A stretch of DNA of 63,868 bases, filler included, from Octopus bimaculoides (GCF_001194135.2; 6 parts of 6 records of this genome joined end to end with filler, not necessarily neighbours in it), one strand, 5' to 3'. Numbered from the whole stretch's first letter, positions 12,031 through 24,068 are shown. A program made the numbers and translations. The notes: a model not told the origin generated them from the sequence alone.

Positions 12031-13080
12031 TGTAGATGAACGTATATACATGCATGTACATATATATGCATATGCTCATATATTGTTTGTATCACGACAG
12101 AACGCACGCGTTACCTTTATACAGTAAGTTTTAACTATTTTTCTAACGCGACTCTCTCTATTTCTACCTCCCCCTCTCATTCTTCCCTCTACTGTTCTTC
12201 GTCTCTACCTGTCACTACTTCTCTCTCTCTCTCTATCCCTTGTTACTCGTCCTTCGCCTCTCACCGTTACTACTACTACTATCTCTCTCTCTCTCTCTCT
12301 CTCTCTACCTCTCGTTGCTCACTTTTATTCTACTTCCTCCCCTCCTTTTCCCTCTGCTACTCTTTCTCTTNNNNNNNNNNNNNNNNNNNNNNNNNNNNNN
12401 NNNNNNNNNNNNNNNNNNNNNNNNNNNNNNNNNNNNNNNNNNNNNNNNNNNNNNNNNNNNNNNNNNNNNNNNNNNNNNNNNNNNNNNNNNNNNNNNNNNN
12501 NNNNNNNNNNNNNNNNNNNNNNNNNNNNNNNNNNNNNNNNNNNNNNNNNNNNNNNNNNNNNNNNNNNNNNNNNNNNNNNNNNNNNNNNNNNNNNNNNNNN
12601 NNNNNNNNNNNNNNNNNNNNNNNNNNNNNNNNNNNNNNNNNNNNNNNNNNNNNNNNNNNNNNNNNNNNNNNNNNNNNNNNNNNNNNNNNNNNNNNNNNNN
12701 NNNNNNNNNNNNNNNNNNNNNNNNNNNNNTCACGTCTGGCTGTACAGCCTTTTTGTTTGTTTATTTCACCGTTTCGTTTTCCTGTCTTGTTTTCCGTCCG
12801 CCACTACCCTCCACGAAAACAATTTAATTTGTGTTCGTGGGAAGAACCATTTTAACGATGCGTACTGCCTTAATTCTTCGAAACGCCGGAGTTTTAATGG
12901 TGGCAGCTGATGAAGGGGATGTTTCTATGTGGCCTGCTTGTTTGTTGCACCTTGTTTGCCATTTTGTCCTTGTTCTTTTGCCACGTCATGTACCCAGTTA
13001 TGTATCTATATGTACATGTAGATGAACGTATATACATACATGTACATATATATGCATATACTCATATATTGCTTGTACCA
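12031..13080. mobile_element. Non-coding element bounded by 64-bp TG...CA direct repeats and a 6-bp TSD
   Basis: 12031-12094 and 13017-13080 are 60/64 identical, with TTAGCA on both flanks. A homologous inverted copy lies at about 27375-28170. Confidence 0.7.
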
Positions 13081-13305
13081 TTAGCATAACTGTTTTTCAA
13101 TAAATTGGCTACTGTCCAAATGCTTTATTTCCAAGCAACACCGAGGGACTCGCCAGTTAATAATAAATGTGTGCGTGTGTGATATAACATCAATTTATGT
13201 GATTACTGAAAAACGGTAAAAAAAAATTTAGAAAACAAAAATAATAGCAAAAAATTTATTTCACATAATATATTAGTAATAATTTCGAAGCGGGCTAGCA
13301 GGATT

Positions 13306-13378
13306 GGCCGCGTGGCCTAATGGACAAGGCGTCTGACTTCGAATCAGAAGATTGCGAGTTCGAGTCTCGTCGTGGTCG
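13306..13378 (+). tRNA. tRNA-Arg(TCG)
   Basis: 73-nt canonical cloverleaf GGCCGCGTGGCCTAATGGACAAGGCGTCTGACTTCGAATCAGAAGATTGCGAGTTCGAGTCTCGTCGTGGTCG; anticodon TCG; downstream T-run. Confidence 0.97.
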
Positions 13379-13884
13379 ATTAATTTTTATTTTTTAAAAC
13401 TTTTTTCATTAGATGTCATTACTAATAACATTTATGTATGTGAAAACTATATATATTTAAAACACTTTGATTGTGTTCCATNNNNNNNNNNNNNNNNNNN
13501 NNNNNNNNNNNNNNNNNNNNNNNNNNNNNNNNNNNNNNNNNNNNNNNNNNNNNNNNNNNNNNNNNNNNNNNNNNNNNNNNNNNNNNNNNNNNNNNNNNNN
13601 NNNNNNNNNNNNNNNNNNNNNNNNNNNNNNNNNNNNNNNNNNNNNNNNNNNNNNNNNNNNNNNNNNNNNNNNNNNNNNNNNNNNNNNNNNNNNNNNNNNN
13701 NNNNNNNNNNNNNNNNNNNNNNNNNNNNNNNNNNNNNNNNNNNNNNNNNNNNNNNNNCTATAACACAAAATAGATAAGTATACGAAGTTTGAAGGTCTTT
13801 CGGTACCAAAAACACTACATAAAACATAAATGAAAACTGGTGCCCCCGTTTTGAACACGATCCCACCTGTCTTCGTCTTTTGTC

Positions 13885-13926
<42 letters not shown>

Positions 13927-13993
13927 TGTGTGTGTGTATGTATATATACATATATGTATGTGCGTGTGTGTGTTATATATGTGTGTGTGTGTG

Positions 13994-14077
<84 letters not shown>

Positions 14078-14365
14078 GGCGTGTGGCTTAGTGGTTAGGG
14101 TATTCGGCTCGCGATAGTAGGGTGCCGAGTTCGATTCTCGGCGGCGCGTTGTGTCCTTGAGCAAGACCCTTTATTTCACATTGCTCCAGCCTACTCCACT
14201 GGCAAAAATGAGTCGTACCTTTATTTCAAATTGCCAGCCTTGTCACACCCTGAGAAGTATGTGAAGGGGTATGCGTGTCTGTGGAGTGCTCAATCCCCTG
14301 CACGTCAATCTCACGATCAGATCAACCGGAACCCTCGTCGTCGTAAGCGACAGTGTGCCAGTATA
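14078..14365 (+). mobile_element. tRNA-derived SINE, variant related to family B
   Basis: Head GGCGTGTGGCTTAGTGGTTAGGG, central GTTGTGTCCTTGAGCAAGAC, and 3' half shared with 55475-55857. Confidence 0.8.
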
Positions 14366-14368
14366 CGT

Positions 14369-14431
<63 letters not shown>

Positions 14432-14489
14432 CATACATACATACATACACATACATGTGTATGTATATGTGTGTGCATGTCTTTAAATC

Positions 14490-14751
14490 TGTATTTTGTC
14501 TTCAATCCACCACTTGACAACCGATGTCGGTGTGTTTACATCCCCGTAACAAAGCGGTTTNNNNNNNNNNNNNNNNNNNNNNNNNNNNNNNNNNNNNNNN
14601 NNNNNNNNNNNNNNNNNNNNNNNNNNNNNNNNNNNNNNNNNNNNNNNNNNNNNNNNNNNNNNNNNNNNNNNNNNNNNNNNNNNNNNNNNNNNNNNNNNNN
14701 NNNNNNNNNNNNNNNNNNNNNNNNNNNNNNNNNNNNNNNNNNNNNNNNNNN

Positions 14752-14790
<39 letters not shown>

Positions 14791-15012
14791 CATCTATGTG
14801 TGTTTTTGTCTGTGTTTGTCCCGCCCGCTATTGCTTGACAGCCTATGTTGGTGTGTTTACCTAACTTAGCGGTTCGACAAAAAAAAAAGACCGACAGATT
14901 AAGTACTAGACTTTAAAAAAACTAAGTCTTGACGATGATTTGTTTAACTAAAACCCTTCAATGTGGTGCTCCAGCATGGCCACAGTCAAATGACTGACAA
15001 GTAAAAGAATAA
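14490..15012 (+). mobile_element. Two 3' halves of SINE family A around a gap
   Basis: CTTGACAACCGATG...GTGTGTTTAC...CCAGCATGGCCACAGTCAAATGACTG. Confidence 0.75.
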
Positions 15013-15178
15013 AAAGGATGTATATATTGAAGTGGCTGCAAGACGCATCGAAAATAAGTAAATGAGCGGAAATCGAATCGGTGCGTGTGTTAAGTAATAA
15101 GGCACTAAAAGAGAATAACTCTCCCCAGACACAATAATATATATACATACATATACAAGGGCGTCTATTTACTTCTGT

Positions 15179-15214
<36 letters not shown>

Positions 15215-15259
15215 GTGTGTGTATTACGAAATATATTAAAAGTAATTTTTGACACCGTT

Positions 15260-15332
15260 GGCCGCGTGGCCTAATGGATAAGGCGTCTGACTTCGAATCA
15301 GAAAATTGCGAGTTCGAATCTCGTCGTGGTCG
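15260..15332 (+). tRNA. tRNA-Arg(TCG), second isodecoder
   Basis: 73 nt with three substitutions relative to 13306-13378; intact stems; T-run downstream. Confidence 0.96.
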
Positions 15333-15639
15333 GCATAAAATCTTTTATTTTTTATTTTTGATGTCTTGATTACTGTTAATATTTGTCTTCTTCGCAACTG
15401 AGTAGAAACAAAACTTGAAAGCATGAACATTCAGCATTTTGTTCTCGATTATCAGTCCAACATAATTATTTGGTCATTTGTTTTGCTGCAGGATTCAACA
15501 AAAGTACTCTCACTGATCGTTTACTATTGCCACTGTTATTCTCTATCATCAGTATTGAAAAAGGGCGAGAAAGGTTTACTTGCTTGATATAAGGCAAGAA
15601 TAACAACAATCTACAGACTAACACCTTCTATCAGTGAGA

Positions 15640-15930
15640 AGACGGGAGACAGTCAGTGTCATTGATATTTGTAGATGATGTACGTTTGTATGATCAATCA
15701 GATTACAATTGAGGGGAAAGATTGTCACAGTGGGAATTGAGGGGAATTTAAACCTTGAGAAGGAAAGATTGGATAAGTGTACCGTAATTTTGTCATTACT
15801 AGCTTCCCATAGTTTTCTTTGTATACATACATTAACTAAAGAAACATCTGTTATAGCTTTTACAGGAATTGTTGAGTTATGTCTCATTGGCCAGAGTTAT
15901 ATCATGTATAAATTTTTGTTAGGAGATGAA
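15640..15930 (+). mobile_element. Possible very old LINE RT relic
   Basis: LIFVDDVRLY resembles the RT (Y/F)xDD motif; the remainder is heavily decayed. Confidence 0.35.
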
Positions 15931-16109
15931 TCGTTATAACAGTCAGCTCAGGGCTTTCTGTTAGTTAAAACTGGCCAATCAGCTCGGCTCAGAAGAGTTC
16001 GAGTTTCGTAGTGCAGTACTTGATCTTTTTTTTTCTTTGATGCTCCCTACAAACATTCACTTGTAGGGAGCATCGCATCGTATTTGTTTGCTTTTAAACT
16101 AGAGGCAAA

Positions 16110-16472
16110 TAACACTGAAATACATGCTTGTTTATTAATATTTAATTGGGGAATTTTATGATAGCAAACGTATTCATTCCAAGAATGATTTGAGTTTCAT
16201 CCAATGCTTCCGTTGACTTCATAAATGTCCACTTTCTTTTCAAGCGAAAGGCCACCCCCTCCTTTCTTTAATTGTTATTGTGGCTTAGTTATAGGAAGAA
16301 GAACAGCGCCTTCGACTTTTTGCACTGGCAACGAAGGCAGCGGATATCAGTTATATCTTGATACAGAGTAGTTTCAGCCGGAAGATTTGATCAGAACGCT
16401 TACAATAGACTGAACACAGCTGAATGTACCCAAAGAGCAGATGATAATGTTAAAACTGCGAGATAAGATCTA
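16110..16472 (-). other. Putative non-coding terminal exon with poly(A) signal
   Basis: Acceptor TTTTTTAG|TAG (NAGNAG) at 16472/16469; AATAAA on the minus strand at 16131-16136; 76-nt intron to the donor at 16548. Confidence 0.4.
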
Positions 16473-16548
16473 CTAAAAAACAGATATAAACTATACAATG
16501 ACAATGAGTTTCCATACAGATTATGACTATCTTCCCAGTTTTACTCAC

Positions 16549-16891
16549 CTTTAGGCAGTCCAGGTCAAAACTTCGGAGTTTTGATCTGTCGATATTATGG
16601 AATTCAGTGTTGTGAGTTTTCGTTTTCGCATACTTTTGACATTGACTTTTCCGGGAAATTGGTAATTCGATCTTTTCGCCTTCGGAGGATCTATTTGAAT
16701 GGATCTTCGATGATCCGCGTTGGATGTTATGATTGCCACGCGCCTCCTCNNNNNNNNNNNNCCCTCCCTCCCCTTCCCCTCTCTCTCTTCCGATTTATCT
16801 GTCGTATGCGTTTGTGTGATAGAGCTCGTATTTCCCTCGGATACACTGGTTTGTAAACAATGGTTTCCTGATGTCGCTTGTTTGTAGTCAA
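16549..16891 (-). CDS. Putative last coding exon of an unidentified minus-strand gene
   Basis: Acceptor CTTGCTTTCGCAG| and strong donor AAG|GTGAGT. Phase-1 frame is open: VDYKQATSGNHCLQTSVSEGNTSSITQTHTTDKSEEREGKGREG, then a 12-N gap, then RRRVAIITSNADHRRSIQIDPPKAKRSNYQFPGKVNVKSMRKRKLTTLNSIISTDQNSEVLTWTA*. The frame after the gap depends on the true gap length. Confidence 0.5.
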
Positions 16892-17074
16892 CTGCGAAAG
16901 CAAGTCTGAGTTTTCCAGCCTGTCATGACGTGTTACGCGATTTATTTTATGAACAAAAGGCTCATGCATACTGTTTTGTTCGTTTCCAGTTCTCCGCTTA
17001 AAAACATGCCTAGGTTATTTGTTGTCTGACACGCTGGGAGACAATTTGTTGTCTGACAAGCTTGGAAACAACTA

Positions 17075-17180
17075 GGGGTTGGCAACAGGAAGAGCATCCA
17101 GCAGTAGAGAACTCTACCCTAACGTATTCTCGTCTAACTTATGCAAGTATGGAAAAGGAGACGTTAAAACGATGATGATC
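17075..17180 (+). mobile_element. SINE 3' end with (GAT)n tail (family D)
   Basis: GGTTGGCAACAGGAAGAGCATCCAGC...ATGGAAAAGGAGACGTTAAAACGATGATGAT; same family as 60110-60311. Confidence 0.65.
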
Positions 17181-17317
17181 TTGATGCTGAAAATTATGAT
17201 GATAAGGAAAACACACACTTATATCAAAATACTGTAAATTATAAGATTAGAATAAGATAAAAGTTACTGCGCGTAAAACTGAATAATGAATGTAGATGAA
17301 TGCCAATATTTAAATAT

Positions 17318-17521
17318 TCTTTTATTCTTTTACTTGTTTCAGTCATTTGACTGCGGCCAAGCTGGAGCACCGTCTTTAGTCAAGTAAATCGACCCCCGGA
17401 CTTATTCTTTGTAAACCTAGTGCTTATGCTATCGATCTCTTTTACCGAACACACATACAAACATATACACACGCATACATACATACATACATACATACAT
17501 ACATACATACATACATACACA

Positions 17522-17573
<52 letters not shown>

Positions 17574-17758
17574 TATATATATATAAACATATATATAAAC
17601 GACGGGCTTCTTTCAGTTTCCGTCTACCAAATCGACTCACAAGGCTTTGGTCGGCCCGAGGCTATAGTAGAAGACACTTGCCCAAGGTTCCACGCAGTGG
17701 GACTGAACCCGGAACCATGTGGTGGGTAAGCAAGTTACTTACCTCACAGCCATTCCTG
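17318..17758 (-). mobile_element. SINE family A
   Basis: Reverse complement of the 10840-11400 element, with an internal (TACA)/(CA) tract. Confidence 0.9.
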
Positions 17759-18095
17759 CGATTCTTCACGATGAATTTTCGTTGATTTCCTTTAATCAGT
17801 TTCATATACATACACATACATACATACATACATACATACACACATACATACATACACACATACACGTATAGAGACTTACTTACAGAACTTTAAGTTTCTA
17901 TAGCAACAATTCAGTGACTGTTGCACGTCTTCAGCTGACGCAAGCTCAGTTTGCGTTGCACCATAGTCCTCTTTCCCAGCAATATTGCCGTCACACGTAT
18001 TTTGTGGCTACACACACACACAATCATATATATGTATATACGTTAAGGTATCTATGTATTGATATGTTTACACGCGCGCACGCACACAAACATAT

Positions 18096-18130
<35 letters not shown>

Positions 18131-18149
18131 CATACATACACACACTACA

Positions 18150-18372
18150 TCTGGCAGAATCGTTAGCACGCCGGGCGAAATGCTTAGCGGTATTTCGTCT
18201 GCCGCTACGTTCTGAGTTCAAATTCCGCCGAGGTCGACTTTGCCTTTCATCCTTTCGGGGTCGATTAAATAAGTACCAGTTACGCACTGGGGTCGGTATA
18301 ATCGACTTAATCCGTTTGTCTGTCCTTGCTTGTCCCCTCTGTGTGTAGCCCCTTGTGGGTAGTAAAGAAATA
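18150..18372 (+). mobile_element. SINE family C
   Basis: tRNA-like head with GAGTTCAAATTCC B box and central GCCTTTCATCCTTTCGGGGTCGATTAAATAAGTACCAG domain. Confidence 0.85.
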
Positions 18373-18789
18373 ACACACTACATCTGAATTCAGTTGAATT
18401 AAAGAATATTTTCCACATGGAATTCTAAGATTTTTCTTTGTGTTAACATATATACTAGTTTTTATTTCACTTAGTCAGGGGTAAGAGCTATGCGCTTGAA
18501 ATTTTACAAGGTCTCCGAAACTAGTACGAGGAAGGGAGGGTGGGAGCGATTCTCAAACCAGAAACCTGACCTGAATGCTTGCAACATAGTAGTACACAAT
18601 GCTCCAAGTGAAGTGTTAAACGAGATGAAAGTTAAAGCTTACCACCTAAATATTTATTTCAGTGTTTATCATAAGCATATCAGTAGAATCTTTTTTAATT
18701 CCTTCCAACCACCAAAATGTTTTCAAATTTTCACCAGATTATTTTCATTCACGGTGGTGCATCAGCATGGCCGCAGCTCTAAGCTGAAA

Positions 18790-18824
<35 letters not shown>

Positions 18825-19336
18825 TTTTTTATTTACGCTGATGTGATGTGGTTTTGCATGTGATGACGAAAATTACATTCATTTTACGAGAAATTGACGA
18901 TAAAAATGTGACAAACCTTTAAAACTATGTTATTTTACCAATCGGAAACCTCCATTGCCGACATACAAGAAATCACAATTGTCTGTGTCCATTGGAATAA
19001 CATTAATGCTGCTTGATCGGTCCAACAGAGCCACGAACTCTACACAAGAACAATCAACAGGTCCAGTACCACATGCACACACACTCGCGCACAAGCGCAC
19101 GAAGAAGAGACGTTTGTAACTTCTTTATTATTAATTTCAAGGAAAAGTGGAATGTAACTTTCATCAACAACATGCAAAACTACATCAGTGTAGAAGATTT
19201 GAAAGAAACGATTTTATGAGTGGATCTCATTAGTAGAGCTTGAAGATTGAACAACAGGCAGACAAATTGTTTTGTTAAATAAAATTAGATGCTTTATAAA
19301 TGCCAAACTGGTTCAGCATTGTAAGAAAGATAAGAT

Positions 19337-19712
19337 AAACAAGAGTGCTAAGATAGCGCAAACCTCCACCAAGGCAACACCAGCGTCCTCTCAACGATTA
19401 GCCAGAGATGATTTTTAAAATGAGAATATCCGAAATAAACTTGACTCCCCTCACAAACGAGAATACTAAAAATGAACCTGACCGCTCTCAAAAATTAAGC
19501 AAAAAAAAAAAACCGGAAAAATAATCCAGAATCCTTGTTCGGTACCGGATCGATCCTAAAATCTAATCATTTCGTTCCAGTCACGAGGTCAAACAACCCT
19601 GAAAGTTTCCTTTGAATCCATCCAGCGGTTCTTGAGATATCTTGTCCGCGGACAAGCAAACAAACGCGACGAAGACAATACCTCCGCTTTCGCAAAGGTG
19701 GAGGTAATTATA
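19337..19712 (+). mobile_element. Helentron-associated non-autonomous element (HINE/DINE-1-like)
   Basis: Starts AAACAAGAG and ends with the stem-loop TACCTCCGCTTT-CGC-AAAGGTGGAGGTA plus an AT-rich tail; no TSD or ORF. Confidence 0.55.
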
Positions 19713-20239
19713 AAAGAATGCAAACTGTATTTTGTTGTGTCTATGGAGGGCCATTACGCCAATAATAATAACACACACATAGGTTCAATTCCACTTCTTT
19801 ATTGTTAACCAATTGGTTAAATATCTAACAAATTGACTAACAACAAAGAAATGATATTAAACCAGTGCATGTATTATTATTGGGATAATGACTCCCCACC
19901 AGCCACCCAAGAGACAGCAAAATTTGTTTCAACTCGCGAATTCACATCAAGAATACTGCAGGCTAAATATAAAAACGAAGTAAAACTGTATTTTGTTTTC
20001 TCATTAAGAAGGTGAAATGGAAGGGACTGCAAAAGATATCTCTAAATATTTTTGGGAGAAGGGTGGAGTTTGATAGTTTGAGAACAAACGGTCTAATAGA
20101 GATGGCACTGCAGATTTCATTTTAAAAGCCAGGACGCTGGGATCTCTTTTATCATAAGTCTCCCCGGCTTGGGTTGAGTTGAGGCAACAGTAGCAGCAGC
20201 AGCAGCAACAGCAGCAGCTGCAACAACAACAGCAACAAT

Positions 20240-20520
20240 ATGTGCTAACTGTATGGGTAAGATGATTGTTTCGCAACCACGTGGTTTCGGGTTCAGTCAC
20301 TTTGCGCGGCACCTTGGGTGTTTTGTACTATAGCACCGGGCCGACCAATGTCTTGTGAGAGAAAATTTAGACAGAAACTGTGTGGAAGCCTACTGCCATT
20401 TGTGTGTGTGTGTGTGTGTGTGTGAGTGCGTCTTTGTGCCCGTGTTTGTTCACTAACAGCTGTTGGTTTGTTTACAACCTCGTAAATTAGGGATGCGGCA
20501 AAGAGGACTTATAAGATAAG
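20240..20520 (+). mobile_element. Decayed SINE family A
   Basis: CAACCACGTGGTTTCGGGTTCAGTC...GGCACCTTGGG...GGGCCGACCAA. Confidence 0.7.
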
Positions 20521-20677
20521 ACTAATGATTTGTAGATACGTGGTATTTTGTTATACAACCATAATATACGATAAAGTATATTAAATGTTTTTATAAGTCA
20601 ATACCATGTTCTACTTTGTTAGCAGTGCTCTTTACATTATTTTGTTAAGGTTATTTTTACATTATTATAGCCAGTAC

Positions 20678-21148
20678 CAGTGGCGGATTGTGTATAGGAA
20701 CTGCGGAACTGCAGCACCCCTTATTTCCACTCGATATTATCGACAAAATTCAATATAACAAGTCCTTTTTTCTTTAATTCTTTCTTTATACTTGTACATT
20801 ATATAATCCTTAAGCTTAATGTCAGTAGCCATTCCCTAGTTTATGAAAACAATACAAAAATCCTTGTATAGAACTGTGCGCTTCACAGTTCCAGCGACAC
20901 GGTCTTTAGCTGTTGTGTGCATGCTCATATGTCTGAGATAGGAAGCTTCACACTAGGGAGAGAGAGCACTGCGTGAACGACAGTGTCGGGTGAAAGTTAG
21001 AGTTTCTTTTTGTCTCTGCGTGTGGTGTGCTTAAAAACGTGTTTATATTCTTGAATGTGATAAAGTGTAGAATTAGATCATTATCCTGCTTCCAGCTTCG
21101 GTGTTGATAACAGGATTTGAAAAACAGGGCACATTTCCTCCCCTTATT
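20678..21148 (+). mobile_element. Possible hAT left end, truncated by a contig join
   Basis: Begins CAGTGGCGGAT, a typical hAT TIR start; no partner TIR before the gap. Confidence 0.35.
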
Positions 21149-21248
21149 NNNNNNNNNNNNNNNNNNNNNNNNNNNNNNNNNNNNNNNNNNNNTTAATTAA
21201 TTAANNNNNNNNNNNNNNNNNNNNNNNNNNNNNNNNNNNNNNNNNNNN
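21149..21248. other. Artificial 100-bp scaffold join with TTAATTAATTAA linker (also 27275-27374, 50722-50821, 57605-57704, 62269-62368)
   Basis: Identical N44-TTAATTAATTAA-N44 structure five times; the linker gives stops in all six frames. Confidence 0.97.
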
Positions 21249-21289
21249 TACTTCATCACAAATTGCCATCCTAGCTCCTGTGAAAAGGG

Positions 21290-21571
21290 ATTACCCTGCT
21301 ATGTATAATCAGGGCAGCGCAAAAAGTTGTTTTGCACAAGCATTTCTATAGCCAATTACACGGATGAAATTTACGTATGCTTAATAATTTTACGCAAAAC
21401 AGCCTTCAGACGTTCCCTATTAATTTCATCGTCTTTTGAATTATGAACATATTTACATCATAAGGGTTTTTTCGTTGTAAGGCTTTCTTTTTTAGTTGAT
21501 TTTCAGCTAGCAAGACTTTTCGTAGATGGCATAATAAGTCACACCCGGACAAGGTCGGGTTATACTGCTAG
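21290..21571 (+). mobile_element. Non-autonomous Helitron 3' terminus
   Basis: GC hairpin ACCCGGACAAGGTCGGGT followed 8 nt later by CTAG|T, the diagnostic Helitron 3' end. Confidence 0.7.
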
Positions 21572-23385
21572 TATTGTATAAATGATATTGATTTCCTAAG
21601 AGTAATATTTATAGTAGATCTGTTTATAATATATTCTTTATTATAGTATTTATCATGTTTCTTCTATATTAATTATTATATCTCATAAGTGCAGTTTCAT
21701 CGAGATCTTGTTTAATACATGGACAGTGAGAAAACATGATTGATAGAATAAAGAATAACAATGATCAATGAAAGAGCAGATTCCATGATTCGTGTTTGGA
21801 TTTCAATGCATAAATGAGAAGGACAAAGATGTTGTCAAACCTGATCGAATAGAGCCATGATCGGAGATATCCAAGTAATAACCATCTCGTCGTTTTTTTT
21901 TTTTTTAATATTTTGGTAAGGGAGGCGAATTGCTCTCTGTTGTTTTATAATTTTGTCCAGCGAGAGAATACTCCGTACTACTTTATCCAATGTTTTTCCT
22001 TTAAGCAAGTACTGTATGACTTCAGAAAGATATAGCTGATCTTTTTGGTGTCATGCGATCACATTCAAGCTCTGTCCATTAGCCTATGATCAATGTCTCT
22101 GCTAGTACAGTGTTGAAATGGTATCAGAGCGGCGTTATTATAATTAAATATCGTCTTATTTGCAGAGACCAAAACAATAAACACTAAAAAATAGAACAAG
22201 TGCACATTTACTCATTCACACATGAATACACATGTGCACACATGTGCATATAGATACACACGCACACATGCACAGGGGAGTTCACAAGTAAACAAATACA
22301 GACAAAAGATTCTGATATACTTGGAGTTCGTTAGAAACGATTGGAAAGTTGGTAAATGGAAACATCTTCTGGTGCCTAAAGGATAACTTAGAAATATAGC
22401 AAAATTGTTCCCATAATTATTCCACTTGCACATGTTTTATGAGAAACAAAACAAGAGCTTAATATTCGAAATGATTAAAGGATGTGTGTGCGAGTGTGCG
22501 TGCGTGTGTGTGTGTGTGTGTGCTTGTGTGTGTGTGTGTGCTTGTGTGTGTGTGCGTGCGCGCGCGCGTACTGCGTGTGTATGTGTTCGTGTGTGAATGT
22601 GTGTGTATGTGTGTGTATGTGTGTGTGCGTGTATGTGTATGTGTGTGTATGTGTGTGTGTTTGTGTGTGTGTATGTGTTGTGTGTGTGGGGGGGGCGGTT
22701 TCAGTCTCTATATAACAGACGAAAATGGAAAAAAATAAATAATGAAAACGAATGTGTATTTTTAAGAAATTTGCTTGCATATATTTGTGTAAATTACAAT
22801 ACTTATCTATATCCTGGAGCACAAGTACGCAAAAAAGAATTAGCAGAAACAAAAACACACATAAGAATGTACACAAACATACATTGTCACATACGCTTAC
22901 GCACCTATGCAAACACACTTATACACCTATGCAAACACACACGTACAACTGTAAATACACATTTTTGATGGCGTCAAGGAAATATATGTGTGGTTAACTC
23001 TTTGTGCTTGCATCTAAATTTAGTGTTTTATATTTGGCAGACTTATGAGGAGGCGGTACCAGAAAATTCTTCGAAGCTATGAAAGGCAGACGGTATGGAA
23101 GTTGGCAGATAGATATACATGCGCGCGCACACGCACAAACACACACCCAAACGCACTCGTGCACATATATATAAATATATGTATATATATATTCATTTAT
23201 AGATATTTACACATACGTATATATGCATGTATACAATATGCATACATATATATGTATGTATACAATATGCATGCATACATACATATATATGTATGTAAGT
23301 ATATATAAATATGTGTGTATATATGCATATTTATATACATATATATACACATACATATATATACACATACATATATACATATATA

Positions 23386-23431
<46 letters not shown>

Positions 23432-24068
23432 NNNNNNNNNNNNNNNNNNNNNNNNNNNNNNNNNNNNNNNNNNNNNNNNNNNNNNNNNNNNNNNNNNNNN
23501 NNNNNNNNNNNNNNNNNNNNNNNNNNNNNNNNNNNNNNNNNNNNNNNNNNNNNNNNNNNNNNNNNNNNNNNNNNNNNNNNNNNNNNNNNNNNNNNNNNNN
23601 NNNNNNNNNNNNNNNNNNNNNNNNNNNNNNNNNNNNNNNNNNNNNNNNNNNNNNNNNNNNNNNNNNNNNNNNNNNNNNNNNNNNNNNNNNNNNNNNNNNN
23701 NNNNNNNNNNNNNNNNNNNNNNNNNNNNNNNNNNNNNNNNNNNNNNNNNNNNNNNNNNNNNNNNNNNNNNNNNNNNNNNNNNNNNNNNNNNNNNNNNNNN
23801 NNNNNNNNNNNNNNNNNNNNNNNNNNNNNNNNNNNNNNNNNNNNNNNNNNNNNNNNNNNNNNNNNNNNNNNNNNNNNNNNNNNNNNNNNNNNNNNNNNNN
23901 NNNNNNNNNNNNNNNNNNNNNNNNNNNNNNNNNNNNNNNNNNNNNNNNNNNNNNNNNNNNNNNNNNNNNNNNNNNNNNNNNNNNNNNNNNNNNNNNNNNN
24001 NNNNNNNNNNNNNNNNNNNNNNNNNNNNNNNNNNNNNNNNNNNNNNNNNNNNNNNNNNNNNNNNNNNG

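Noticed and set aside
16039-16074. Hairpin as a rho-independent terminator or Helitron end
   Set aside because: Eukaryotic context, no following U-tract on either strand, and no CTRR terminus.
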